Of a stretch of 64,000 nucleotides of DNA, positions 39,321 through 52,638 are shown piece after piece. Source of the DNA: Squalus acanthias (lineage: Eukaryota); NCBI GenBank assembly GCA_030390025.1, contig CM059432.1:79548001-79612000 (forward strand). Direction: 5' to 3'. Every line of letters begins with the position of its first letter. Within the stretch, counting starts at the first letter, position 1. The notes under the pieces were generated by a model. The model did no database searches. It saw only the letters and a program-made list of their open reading frames with translations, and had not been told where the DNA came from. The position numbers were made by a program, and so were the translations under genes.

Positions 39321-39797
39321 AAACCATTTATTCCTATGTTGTGAATAATGATAATAAGTTACATTTTTAAACCAAGGAGTTAGTTTCAGTTGTAAAGTCG
39401 CTTTGAGTCTTCACTTTTTGGCACTTTGTATCTTAACTATCATCTGATGTAAAAGTAATCATTATTAACATTGTTAAAGTTTACAACTTTTCATAGCATC
39501 TAAGCATGCATAAAATGCCATCCCTGCATTGTCTCAATTCTCTCTTCAGGTTTGGACTTGGCATTCCAAATTGGAGAAATTTGACAAGTCATGCTGCTGA
39601 ATAAGATTAATAAATCTGTAGACAAGAGAACGAATGACAAACACGCTTGGCAAAGAAATGGATTATCACGAAACAATCAAATATTTGTACTACAGAATAT
39701 CACAGAGAAAGTTATGAACAAGGTGCCACCTTCAGAATTACATCAACAATTTTGAAAAAGGCCTCTAATAATCTGGATAGATTTACAATCTGGCAAT

Positions 39798-42700
39798 TTT
39801 TTAATGCATTTATGGAATGTGGGCATCGCTGGCAAGGCCAGCATTTATTGCCCATCCCTAATTGTCCTTGAGAAGCTGGTGGTGAGCCGCCTTCTTGAAC
39901 CACTGCAGTCCATGTGGTGAAGGTACTCCCACAGTGCTGTTAGGGAGGAAGTTCCAGGAATTATACTGAGCGACGACGAAGAAACGGCAATATATTTCCA
40001 AGTCAGGATGATACGTGATTTGGAGGGGAACTTGGAGGTGATCGTGTTCCCATGCACCTGCTGCCCTTGTCCTTCTAGGTGGTAGAGGTCGCGGGTTGGG
40101 GAGGTGCCGTCAAAGAAGCCTTGGCGAGTTGCTACAATGCATCTTGTAGATGCACGGTGCGCCGGTGGTGGAGGATATGAATGTTTAAGGTGGTGGATGG
40201 GGTGCCAATCAAGCGGGCTGCTTTGTCCTGGGTGGTGTCGAGCTTCTTGAGTGTTGTTGGAGCTGCACTCATCCAGACTAGTGGACAGCATTCCAAAACA
40301 CACCTGACTTGTGCCTTGCCCGCAGAATACCCAGCCTCTGACCTGCTCTTGTAGCTACAGTATTTATATGGCTGGTCCAGTTACATTTTTGGTCAATGGT
40401 GACCCCCATGATGGGGGATTCGGCGATGGTAATCCCATTGAATATCAAGAGGAGGTGGTTAGTCTCTCTCTTGTTAGAGATAGTCACTGCCTGGCACTTG
40501 TGTGGCACGAATATTACTTGCCACTTATCAGCCCAAGACTGAATGTTGTCCAGGTCTTGCTGCATGCGGGCAGGACTGCTTCATTGTCGGAGGAGTTGCG
40601 AAAAGAACTGAACACTGTGCAATCATCAGCGAACATCCCCACTTCTGACCCTATGATGGAGGGAAGGTCATTGATGAAGCAGCTGAAGATGGTTGGCCGA
40701 GGACACTACCCTGAGGAACTCCTGCAGCGATGTCCTGGGGCTGAGATGATTGAGTTCCAACAAACACAACCATCTGCCTTCGTGCTACGTATGACTCCAG
40801 CCAGTGGAGAGTTTTCCCCCGATTCCCATTGACTTCAGTTTTACTAGGGCTCCTTAATGCCACACTCTGTCAAATGCTGCCTTGATGTCAAGGGCAGTCA
40901 CTCTCACCTCACCTCTGGAATTCAGCTCTTTTGTCCATATTTGGACTAAGGCTGTAATGAGGTCTGGAGCCGAGTGGTCCTGGCAGAACTCAAATTGAGC
41001 ATTGGTGAGCAGGTTATTGGTGAGTAAGTGCCGCTTGATAACACTGTTGATGACACCTTCCATCACTTTGCTGATGATTGAGAGTAGACTGATGGGGTAT
41101 TAATTGGCCGGATTGGATTTATCCTGCTTTTTGTGGACAGGATACACCTGAGCAATTTTCCATATTGTTGGGTAGATGCCAGTGTTGTAGCTGTACTGGA
41201 ACAGCTTGGCTAGAGGTGCGGCTAGTTCTGGAGGACACATCTTCAGCATGACAGCCAGCATGTTGCCGGGGCCCATAGCCTTTGCTGTATTCAGTGTGCT
41301 CAGCCGTTTCTTGATATCACATGGAGTGAATCGAATTGGCTGAAGACTGGCTTCTGTGCTGGTGGGGACCTCAGGAGGAGGCCAATATGGATCATCCACT
41401 CTGCACTTCCGGCTGAAGATGGTTGCAAACGCTTCAGCCTTGTGTTTTGCGCTCACGTGCTGGGCTCCACCATCATTGAGGATGGAGATGTCCATGGAGC
41501 CTTCTCCTCCCATTAGTTGTTTAATTGTCCACCACCATTCATGACTGGATGTGTCAGGACTGCAGAGCATTGATCTGATCCGTTGGTTGTGGGATCGCTT
41601 AGCTCTGTATATAGCATGGGGTTTGTGCTGTTTAGCATGTATGTAGTCCTGTGTTGTAGCTTCACCAGGTTGGCACTTAATTTTTAGGTATGGCTGGTGC
41701 TGCTCCTGGCATGCTCTTCTACACTCCTCATTGAACCAGGGTTGGTCACCTGGCTTGATGGTAATGGTAGAGTGAGGGATATGCCGGGCCATGAGGTTAC
41801 AGATTGTGGTGGAATACAATTCTGCTGCTGCTGATGGCCCGCAGCGCCTCATGGATGCCCACTTTTGAGCTGCTAGATCTGTTCTGATCTATCCTATTTA
41901 GCACGGTGGTAGTGCCACATAACTCAATGGAGAGTATCCTCAGTGTGAAGACAGGACTTCGTCTCCACAAGGACTGTGTGGTGGTCACTGCTACCAATAC
42001 TGTCATGGACAGATGCATCTGCGACAGGTAGATTGGCAAGAACGAAGTCAAGTAGGTTTTTCCCTCATGTTGGTTCTCTCACCACATGCCGCAGGCCCAG
42101 TCTGGCAACTATGTCCTTCAGGAGTCAGCCAGCTTGCTCAGTAGTGGTGCTACCGAGCCACTCTTGGTGATGGACATTGAAGTCCCCCACCCAGAGTACA
42201 TTCTTGCTACCTCAGTGCTTCTTCCAAGTGGTGTTCAACATGGAGGAGTACTGATTCATCAGCTGAGGAAGGACAGTAGGTGATAATCAGCAGGAGGTTT
42301 CCTTGCCCATGTTTGATTTCATGGGGTCCAGAGTCAATGTTGAGGACTCCCAGGGCCACTCTCTCCCAACTGTACACCACTGTGCCGCTGCCTCTGGTGG
42401 GTCTGTCCTGCCGGTGGGACAGGACATACCCAGGGATGGTGATGGAGGAGTTTGAGACGTTGGCTAAAATGTATGATTCTGTGAGTATGACTGTTAGGCT
42501 GTTGCTTGACTAGTCTGTGGGACAGCTCTCCCAATTTTGGCACAAGTCCCCAGATGTTAGCGAGGAGGACTTTGCAGGGTCGAATGGGCTGGGTTTGCCT
42601 TTGTCATGTCCGGTGCCTAGGTCGATGCCCGGTGGTCCGTCCAGTTTTATTCTTAGTATGCTTCTTTGTAGCGGTTTGGTAGAACTGAGTGGCTTGCTAG

Positions 42701-43970
42701 GCCATTTCAGAAGGCAGTTTCGAATCAATCACATTGCTGTTGGTCTAGAGTCACATATAGGCCAGATGGACGGCAGATCCACTGGCACATGCTAAACTTC
42801 AGGGACAATGTGTTAATCCAGTAATCCAGGGAATACGAGTTCAAATCCCACCATGGAAGATTGAGAACTTGAATTCAATTACGGGGATAGAGTGGGGGAA
42901 TGGGACTGACTGGATTGCTGTACAGAGAGCCAGCACGGACTCGATGGGCCAAATGGCCTCCTTCTGTGCCGTTATGACTCTATGGGGGGAAAATTCAGTT
43001 GGTTGCGCCTCCCGTTAGCGCCTTAAGAGGGCACTAATGGGGCGCAAAGCATCTAGCGCCCAGGCGCGGCGAAGTTTGCGCCGCTCGCGAAATTAACTAG
43101 ACATTTTGCGGCGGCGCTAAACACTACCACCACGATCTCCTGCGCCGGCAGATCGTGACGTCACTCGAGTGCGCAACGCCCCGGTATCGCCCCGGAGCGG
43201 ATATTGAGTGGTGCCCCCTGCCTTACCACCTGACGCTAGCAACGACAGGTTGAGGGGAGCGTTCTGCAGTCATGAAGGGAAAGGGGGAGCGCTATTTAAA
43301 GGTGACCGCTTCCTGCCTTTTATTGTTGGTGCCATTTTTGAACTACGTATTCTGAGAGAGAGAGAGACTTCTGGAGAGATTCAACGTTGTGTGAAGGAGT
43401 TTTGGGTACTGAACAGCACTTTGCAGGTTCATTTTGATTTGCCATTCCTTGTATCGATTTAGAAGAGATTGTGGGGGCTGCACTCTGAGCTCTTTGCCTG
43501 GTACTCTCCATTGTTCTTTCCAGCAGATTTGATGTGCAGGTCTCTCCAGGCCGAGATTCAAGGCTGCAATGAGCAGGATGTGGATGGAAAGCAAGATTAA
43601 CCATCCCCTTTAAGAACTGGCCCGTGCCATTGTGTGTGTGTTCCATTGCTGACTGACATTACATGAGCTTTGCCAGCGCTCTGAGGTAGTGCCTCGCTCA
43701 TCGGCCTTTGCGCCTTAAGACAGGTGTGAAGCGCCTGATTTAGCGCTCCAATCACCTCCAGGGGCGATAAAAGTCAAGTTTGCAGTCGGTGGCGATAATT
43801 AGCGCCAGGCGCTAATCTTTGCGCCCGGCCGATAATTGCGCCCCAAATGGGGCGAAACTGAATTTCTCCCCCTATGACTCTATTTCCTTCCCTGAAGGAC
43901 ATTAGTGAACCAGATGGTTATGACAATCTGGTAGTTTCATGGTCACCATTACTGGTACTAGCTTTATACT
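39798..43970 (-). mobile_element. LINE family B, near full length; 5' UTR split by an insertion at about 42780-43883
   Basis: Endonuclease start (PKLGELSHRLVKQQP), [26 protein letters not shown] and family tail; gacggcagat resumes as ttccttccctgaaggacattagtgaacc. Confidence 0.88.
42984..43872 (+). mobile_element. Non-autonomous Harbinger (internal deletion derivative of the element C family)
   Basis: 17-bp TIRs GGGGGGAAAATTCAGTT / AACTGAATTTCTCCCCC, TSD TAT; arms align to 58153-58665 and about 61895-62279. Confidence 0.9.
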
Positions 43971-44539
43971 ATTACTATTTTCTTCAGAAATACATAAACA
44001 TCATTAAGAAACTCTGTGTGTTAAAGTGGAGGAAAGAACAAGAGTGTTCAAAATAAAGACAAGTGCTCAGCATGGATGTGTCTCGTGACCCTGTTATTAC
44101 AAATAATAGTAGACCTGATAGTGCCCATGTGCAAAGAGGAGAAAAGTGAACTCACAATGGAGGAGACAAAAAAACACCTGGAGATCTAGACATTGCAAAT
44201 CATGTCACAGAACAGAAGCTAGAATTGCATGATTGCCCAGATGTCTCCTTGAATGGGGCATGGATGTCCCGGGCGCTGCTGTCAGCAGGCCAGGAGACCT
44301 TCACACTTCAAATTTCCCACCACAGCCCCACTGTTCAACACAATCCGCCCTACTCCACCATTGCTGGTTACCTGTTCAGCACTATCCTTTTCTTCTTTGG
44401 AATTTCCTTCCTAATTCCTCCCACATTGCCAACTCTCTCCCTGGATTCAAAAATTATGTAGAATGTGTAGAAGGATGTCTGCAAAATTGGAAATATCTGC
44501 ATATCTGACAGGGAGGTAAAGGTTGCAGAATTTAAGATG

Positions 44540-47500
44540 TACAACAACAACATGAATTTATATAGCGCCTTTAACATAGTAAAACATCCCAAGGTGCTTC
44601 ACAGGAGCATAATCCAACAAAATTTGACACCGAGCGACATAAGGAGATATTAGGACAGGTGAAAAGTAGGTTTTAAGGAGCATCTTAAAGGAGGAGAGAG
44701 AGGTGGAGAGGCTTAGGGAGGTAATTCCAGAACCTAGGGCCCAAGCAGCTGAAGCCACTGCCGCCAATGGTGGGCGGATTAAGATAGGGGAAGCGCAAGA
44801 GGCTAGGATTGGAGGAGTGCAGATATCTCAGAGGGTTATAGACCAGGAGCCAATGTAGATCAGCAAGATCAGGTGATGAGTGAACAGGACTTGGTGTACG
44901 TTAGGATATGGGCAGCAGAGTTTTGTATGAGCTCAATCACCACAATCTGTAACCTCATGGCCCAGCATATCCCTCACTCTACCATTACCATCAAGCCAGG
45001 GGACCAACCCTGGTTCAATAAGGAGTGTAGAAGAGCATGCCGGGAGCAGCACCAGGCGTTCCTAAAAATGAGGTGCCAACCTGGGTAAGCTCCAACACAG
45101 GACTACATGCATGCTAAAAAGTGGAAGCAGCATGCTATAGACAGGGTTAAGCGATCCCACAATCAATGGATCAGATCAAAGCTCTGCAGGCCTACCACAT
45201 CCAGTCGTGAATGGTGGTGGACCATTAAACAACTAACAGGAGGAGGAGGCTCCATGAACATCCCCATCTTCAATGATGGTAGAACCCAGCACGTGAGTGC
45301 AAAAGACAAGGTTGAAGCGTTTGCAACCAGCTTCAGCCAGAAGTGCCGAGTGGGTGATCCATATCGGCCTCCTCCTGAGGTCCCCACCATCACAGAAGCC
45401 AGTCTTCAGCCAATCCGATTCACTCCACGTGATATCAAGAAACGGCTGAGCGCACTGGATACGGCAAAGACTATCATGCTGAAGACTTGTGCTCCAGAAC
45501 TAGCCGCGCCTCTAGCCAAGCTGTTCCAGTACAGCTACAACACTGGCATCTATCCGACAATGTGGAAAACTGCCCAGTTGTGTCCTGTCCACAAAAAGCA
45601 GGACAAATCCAATCCGGCCAATTACCGCCCCATCAGTCTACTCTCAATCATCAGCAAAGTGATGGAAGGTGTCATCGACAGTGCTATCAAGCAGCACTTA
45701 CTCACCAATAACCTGCTCACTGATGCTCAGTTTGGGTTCCACCAAGACCACTCAGCTGCTGACCTCATTACAGCCTTGGTCCAAACATGGACAAAGGAGC
45801 TGAATTCCAGAGGTGTGGTGAGTACCCTTGTCATTAAGGTAGCATTTGACCGAGTGTGGCATGAAGGAGCCCTAGTAAAACTGAAGTCAATGGGAATCGG
45901 GGGGAAAACTCTCCACTGGCTGGAGTCATACCGAGCACAAAGGAAGATGGTTGTGGTGATTGAAAGTCAATCATCACAGCCCCAGGACATCGCTGCAGGA
46001 GTTCCTCAGGGCAGTGTCCTAGGCCCAACCATCTTCAGCTGCTTCATCAATAACCTTCCCTCCAACATAAAGTCGTAAATGGGGATGTTCGCTGATGACT
46101 GCAGAGTGTTCAGTGCCATTCACAACTCCTCAGATAATGAAGCAGTCCATGCCCGCATGCAACAAGACCTGGACGACGTTCAGGCTTGGGCTGATAAGTG
46201 GCAGGTAACATTCACGCCACAGAAGTGCCAGGCAATGACTATCTCCAACAAGTGAGAGTCTAAACACCACCCCTTGACATTCAATGGCATTAATATCACC
46301 GAATCCTGCACCAGCAACATCCTGGGGGTCACCATTGACCAGAAACTTAACTGGACCAGCCACATAAATACTGTGGCAACAAGAGCAGGTCAGAGGCTAG
46401 GTATTCTGCAGCGAGTATCTCACCTCCTGACTCCCCAAAGCCTTTCTACCATCTACAAGGCACAAGTAAGGAGTGTGATGGAATACTCTCCACTTGCCTG
46501 GATGAGTGCAGCTCCAACAGCACTCAAGAAGCGCGACACCATCCAGGACAAAGCAGCCCGCTTGATTGGCACCCCCTCTAGCACCTTAAACATTCACTCC
46601 CTCCACCACCGGCGTACTGTGGCTGCAGTGTGTACCATCTACAAGATGCACTGCAGCAACCCGCCAAGGCTTCTTCGGCAGCACCTCCCAAACCCGCGAC
46701 CTCTTCCACCTAGAAGGACAAAGGCAGCAGACGCATGGGAACACCACTACCTCCAAGTTCCCCTCCAAGTCACACATCATCCTGACTTAGAAGTATATCG
46801 CCGATCCTTCATCGTCGTTGGGTCAAAATCCTGGAACTCCCTCCCTAACAGCACTGTGGGAGTACCTTCACCACACGTACCGCAGCGGTTCAAGAAGGCG
46901 GCTCACCACCACCTTCTCAAGGGCAACTAGGGATGGGCAATAAATGCTGGCCTTGCCAGCAATGTCCACATCCCATAAAAATGAATTTAAAAAAATTTAT
47001 GGAGGGTGGAAGATAGGAGGCTGGCCAGGAGAGCGTTGGAATAGTCTAGAGGTAACAAAGGCATTGCTGAGGCTTTCAGCAGCAGGTAAGCTCAGGCATG
47101 GGTAGAATCGCGCGATGTTACGGAGATGGAAGTTGGTGATGGTGTGGATATGTGGTTAGAAGCTCATCTCAGGGTGAAATACGACACCAAGGTTGCAAAC
47201 GGTGTGGTTCCGCCTCAGGCAGTTGCCAGGGAGAGGGATGGAGTTGGTGGCTAGAGAACAGAGTTTGTGGCGGGGACAGAAGACAACGGCTTCGGTCATC
47301 CCAATCTTTAGTTGGAGGAAATTTCTGCTCATCCAGAACTGGATGTTGGACATGCAGCGTGACAAATTAGAGACAGTGGAGGGGTTGAGAAAGGTGGTGG
47401 TGAGGTAGAGCTGGGTGGCGTCAGCCTACATGTGGAACCTAATGTGTTTTCGGATGATGTCGCCATGTAGATCAGAAATAGGAGGGGCCAAGGATAGATC

Positions 47501-49125
47501 CTTGGGGGACTCCAGAGGTAATGGTGTGTGAGCGGGAAGAGAAGCCATTGCAGGTGATTCTCTGGATATGACTGGATAGATAAAAATCGAACCAGGCAAG
47601 GACTGTCCCACCCAGCTGGACGATGGAGGAGTGGTGTTGGAGAAGGATGCTGTGGTCAACCACGTCAAAGGTTGTAGATAGTTCAAGAAGGATGAGGAAG
47701 GATAGTTTACAACAGTCACAGAGGATGTCATTTGTGACATTGTGAAGGACCATTTCAGTGTTGTGGCTGGGGTGGAAACCTGATTGGAGGGGTTCAAACA
47801 TGGACTTGCGGGAAAGATGGGACCGGATTTGGGAGGCAACAACGCATTCAAGGACTTTGGAGAGGAATGACAGGTTGGAGATTGGGCGGTAGTTTGCAAG
47901 GACAGAGGGGTCAAGGGTGGGTTTTTGAGGAGGGGGGTGATAATGACAGATTTGAAGGGAAGGGGGACAGTACCTGAGGAGAAGGAACTGTTAACAATAT
48001 CAGCTAATGTGGGGGCAGGAAGTAAAGTTGACTGGTCAGCAGTTTGGTGGGAATAGGGTCGAGGGACCAGGAGATGGTATCATGGACAAGATGAGCTTGG
48101 AGTAGGCATGAGGGGAGATAGGAGAGAAACTGGAGAAAGATGCAAGCTCAAAGCTAGACAAGGGGAAACCTTAGGGGAAATTTGGCCCAGTGGGCTAGGG
48201 GAAGGGAAAGAAGCAGCAGAGACAGCTGAATGGATGGTCTCAATCTTAGTGACAAAGAAGTCCATGAGCTCCTCGCACTTGTTGTTGGAGGTGAGGGTGG
48301 AGGAGACAGGGGAGAGGGGCTTTGGAAGACGGTTTGTAGTGGAGAAGAGGAGCCGGGTGTTAACTTTGCATTCCAGGATGATCCTGGAATAGTTTTGGCC
48401 AAGGAGAGCAGGACCCAATAGTACTTTATGTGGTCCAGCCAGATCTGGTGATGCATGGCTAAACCAGTTGTCCGCCATAAACGTTCAAGTCTGTGACCCT
48501 TGGACTTAAGGGAGCAGAGATGAGGGCCATACCAGGGGAATGACCAGGGTGAGAGAGAGTAATGGTTTTAGTGGGGACAAGGACATCAAAGCTGGGGGTG
48601 AGTGTGTGAGCAGATCGGTAGCTGCAGAAATGTCATGGTGAATGGAGGGCCAAAGGCTAGACAGTTGGGAATTTGAAAGTGCCATTGTAGGTGACTTGGG
48701 GGAGAGCTTTTTCCAGGGACGGACACAGAAGGAAGTGGAGTTTGAGAGTGGGAACGGGGATGTGGGTGGAGAGCGATACAAGGAAGTGATCAGAGATGGC
48801 CTTATTTTTGATTGAAACAATGGGAGTAGAGAGGTCACGTAAGATGGCAAGGTTGAGGGGGTGGCCGCAAATATTGGTGGGGGAGTTTATATGGAGGGAG
48901 AATTTAAGAGAGAGTAGGAGGGCAGTCAACTCAGAGGAGCGAGAGCATGATGAGTTGAGACGGAGGTGGAATCACCGAGGATGAGAAGTTGCTCAGTGCA
49001 AAGGCTGAGGGAGGAAAGCAGTGAAGATATCTTAGTGAGAAACTTGGCATGATACTTGGGTGGGCGGTAGAGAATGAGGATTTTAAAGGAGAGGCGAGAG
49101 GGGTGGAACAAGGTGAGATGCTCAA
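44540..49125 (-). mobile_element. L2 LINE (endonuclease to 3' end), interrupted by family B LINE
   Basis: ILYRPPK..LLILGD, SDHFLV, FEPLQSGF..SGVPQGSILGP, NLGVVF, (GTT)n tail. Confidence 0.85.
44937..46995 (+). mobile_element. LINE family B, 5'-truncated
   Basis: ORFs 45107..46078 (RT) and 46274..46930 ending HHHLLKGN*. Confidence 0.92.
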
Positions 49126-49977
49126 ATGTATGGCTGTACTAGCCAAATACAGGCAGTTATAAGTATGTCACTTTGATGTACAAGTTTCCCTGAGATCAAG
49201 GGAGGTGAGATTTAAGCCAGCTAGTCCAGATACAGCTACTAGTGCAGAAGGTGAATTTACCCAGAGGCAGAGGATTCAGGAAGACTTGATAGTTCCTCAC
49301 TCTGATAGCTCAGAAGGATAATGCCATCATCCCAGAAGAAGGCAAGGCAACCAGTTCATCCATGGCATAAGGACATGGTCATAGAAATTCTGGAAATATT
49401 GCTAACTACAAGCATAAAGAATTTAATCTGTTCAATCAACTGGCTATGTAATGCTGTTAACTTGTTAGCTATTTAAGGAGTCTAATCATAAATTAATCTC
49501 ACCAATTTATATCAATCCCAGACACTAATCTCAACAGTAAATTTATAAACAGTAATGCTGAATAACAGTGACATAACTGAACTGATTTCATATTATGTAC
49601 ACCAACTATTCATATGTTAAACATATTGCTGGAAAGTACCAACAAATCTCCAAACTGTGAGAAAAGAACAATAAGTCACTACACCAAGTTGTAAAGACCA
49701 GATAGAAATGTTATCCACCGTTGCGTACTTTTTCTCTTTCAAGCTACCTATGCATGTAACTAACGATGCACTAGAAATTAATGCAATGTTGCTGAATTCC
49801 CATAGTTGTCATTATTTCCTGTTTAAATGCCTCATTAACTAAAATCTGGAAATATTTCAAATTATGATTGCAATTAAAGTAAATGGAAAAAATGTTCAGA
49901 TGTTTATGATTATTAAGGTTCCATGACTTCAGATGTATAAATACAAATTTATTTCTGTTCTAAAATGGTAATGCCAT

Positions 49978-50905
49978 TCAAGTTTGCAGATGATACTAAA
50001 ATCGGCTGTGTGGTTGATACTGAAGAAGGAAGCTGCAGACTGCAGGAAGATATCAATAAATTGGTCAGGTGGGCAAAACAGTGGCAAATGGAATTCAATC
50101 CGGAGAAGTGTGAGGTAATGCATTTGGGGAGGGCTAACAAGGAAAGGCAATACCCATTAAATGGTAGGACACTGAGTAGTGTAATGGAACAAAGGGACCT
50201 TGGAGTGCATGTCCACAGATCCCTGAAGGTAGCAGGCCAGGTAGATAAGGTGGTTAAGAAGGCATACGGAATGCTTGCCTTTATTAACCGTGGCATAGAA
50301 TACAAGAGCAGGGGGTTATGCTTCAACTGTATAAAACACTAGTTAGCCCTCAGCTAGAGTACTGCGTGCAGTTCTGGTCACCACATTACAGGAAAGATGT
50401 GATTGAACTAGAGAGGGTACAGAGGAGATTTACAAGGATGTTGCCGGGAGTAGAGAATCTTAGCTATGAGGAAAGACTGGATAGGCTGGGTCTGTTTTCC
50501 CTGGAACAGAGGAGGCTGAGGGGAGACCTTATTGACGTGTATAAAATTATGAGGGGCCTAGATAAAGTGGATAGAAAGGACCTATTTCCCTTAGCAGAGG
50601 GGTCAAAAACCAGGGGGCACAGATTTAAAGTAATTGGTGGAAGGTTTAGAGGGGATTTGAGGGGGAATTTCTTCACCCAGAGGGTTGTGGGGGTCTGGAA
50701 CTCACTACCTGAAAGGGTGGTAGAGTCAGGAACCCTAACCACATTTAAAAGTACTTGGATGTGCACTTGGGATGCTCTAACCTGCAGGGCTACGGACCAA
50801 GAGCTGGGAAGTGGGATTAGGCTAGCTAGCTCTTTGTTGGCCAGCGCGGACACGATGGGCCGAAATGGCCTCCTTCCGTGCTGTAACTTTCTATGATTCT
50901 ATGAT
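49978..50905 (+). mobile_element. CR1 LINE 3' fragment
   Basis: KFADDTK..WQMEFNPEKC..EYCVQFWSP..FFTQRVVGVWNSLP; tail ctatgattctatga. Confidence 0.9.
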
Positions 50906-51595
50906 AAGTTGTACAGGGTATAGGAGGAAATGTTATGATTCAAGCTCTCTCCCAACACTCCTTATTTGCGCACACCATAAAAGGCCGCTGCCACAGGCAG
51001 TTCTGCACCTCCTATGAACTGAACTCAACATTAGGCATTGGGAAACAAAGCCTTAGGGTTAACAAACCATCTTGTACTGCTGGGCATTGTGAGGAAATAG
51101 TGAGGATTACCACTCCGGCCTTCTCTGATAGAATCTAAGGAACAGAAAGCAGAGAGTGGTGGTGAACAGTTGTTTTTCAGACTGGAGAAAAATATACAGT
51201 GGAGTCCCCCAGGTGTCAGTATTAGCACCACTGTTCTTTTTGATATATATTAATGATCTGGACTTGGGTATAGAAGGCATAATTTCAAAGTTTGCAGATG
51301 ACACAAAATTCAGAAATGCAGTAAACAGTGAGGAGGATAGTACCAGACTTCAGGAGGACATAGACAGACTGGTGACATGGGCAGACACATGGCAGATGAA
51401 ATTTAATGTAGAGAAGTGTGAAGTGATGCATTTTGGAAGGAAGAATGAGGAGAGGAGAATGAAAAAATGGTACAAATTTAAAGGGGGTGTAGGAACAGAG
51501 AGATCTGGGGGTTTACGTACACAAATCTTTGAAAGTGGCAGGACAAGTTGAGAAGGTGGTTAAAAAAGTATATGGGATCCTTGGCTTTATAAATA

Positions 51596-51778
51596 GAGAA
51601 GTCGCACAACACCAGGTTATAGTCCAACAGATTTATTTAATTTTACAAGCTTTCGGAGCGGTTCGCTCCTTCCTCAGGTAAGTTAGCAGTGAGAGAATCT
51701 CCCAGAATTCACAATTTAAACACAGACAAAATCTATTCAAATCTTTCCCTACATCAAAGACACACTAAGAGCACAGCA
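51596..51778 (-). mobile_element. Penelope-like terminal fragment (family P1)
   Basis: gagaagtcgcacaacaccaggttatagtccaacag identical to 36482-36516; interrupts the CR1. Confidence 0.75.
51643..51681 (-). ncRNA. Minimal hammerhead ribozyme (Penelope-type)
   Basis: UUAC CUGAGGA A GGAGCG AAC CGCUCC GAAA GC UU GUAA. Confidence 0.8.
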
Positions 51779-52638
51779 TTGAGTACAAAAGCAAGGAAGT
51801 TATGCTAAACCTTTATAAATCACTGGTTAGGCCTCGGCTGGAGCATTGTGTCCAATTCTGGGCACCACGCTTTAGGAAGGATGTCAAAGCCTTGGAGAGG
51901 ATGCAGAGGAAATTTACTAGAATGGTACCAGGGATGAGGGACTTCAGTTATGTGGAGGGATGAGAGAAGCTGTGATTGTTTTCCTTAGAGCAGAAAAGGT
52001 TAAGGGGATATTTAATAGAGGTGTTCAAAATTATGAAGGGTTTTGATAGCTTAGATAGGGAGAAACTTTTTCCACTGGCAGGAGGGTCGGTAACCAGAGA
52101 ATTTTTTACCCAGCAAATTGCTATGATCTGGAATGCACTACCTGCAAAGGTGGTGGAAACAGATTCAAATTTAACTTTCAAAAGAAAATTGGATATATAC
52201 TTGAAAAGGAAATAAATGCAGGACTATGGGGAAAGAGCAGGGGTGTGGGTCTAATTAGATAGCTCTTTCAAAAACCTGACACAGGCACGATGGGCCGAAT
52301 GACCTCCTTCTGTGTTGTATGAGTCTATGAGGGAAAACATTACACTGACAGACCAGATGTTATAAGCAAAAACTAATAACCAAGTTCATTATGAAAAAGA
52401 AATATAAAGAGAAAGAAATGTAGATAAAATAGCGATACAGTATTTAACTTATCTGATAATTGAAACTGCTTTCTGAAACTAAAATAACAAAGCATTTTGA
52501 ATTCTCAAAGTCCTTTAAACTAAGCCTTTTGGTGAGCTTATAAATAGAGTGCACCTATGGAATCTTGTCTCACCGTAGTTGCCTGGAAATATGGATGAAT
52601 TGGTTGAACTTCTTCTTAGGCAGTCCCTTGGAACCGAG

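Larger units (their letters stand above)
51130..52330 (+). mobile_element. CR1 LINE 3' fragment with Penelope-like insert
   Basis: SGVPQVSVL..FADDTK..; tail gggccgaatgacctccttctgtgttgtatgagtctatga. Confidence 0.88.
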
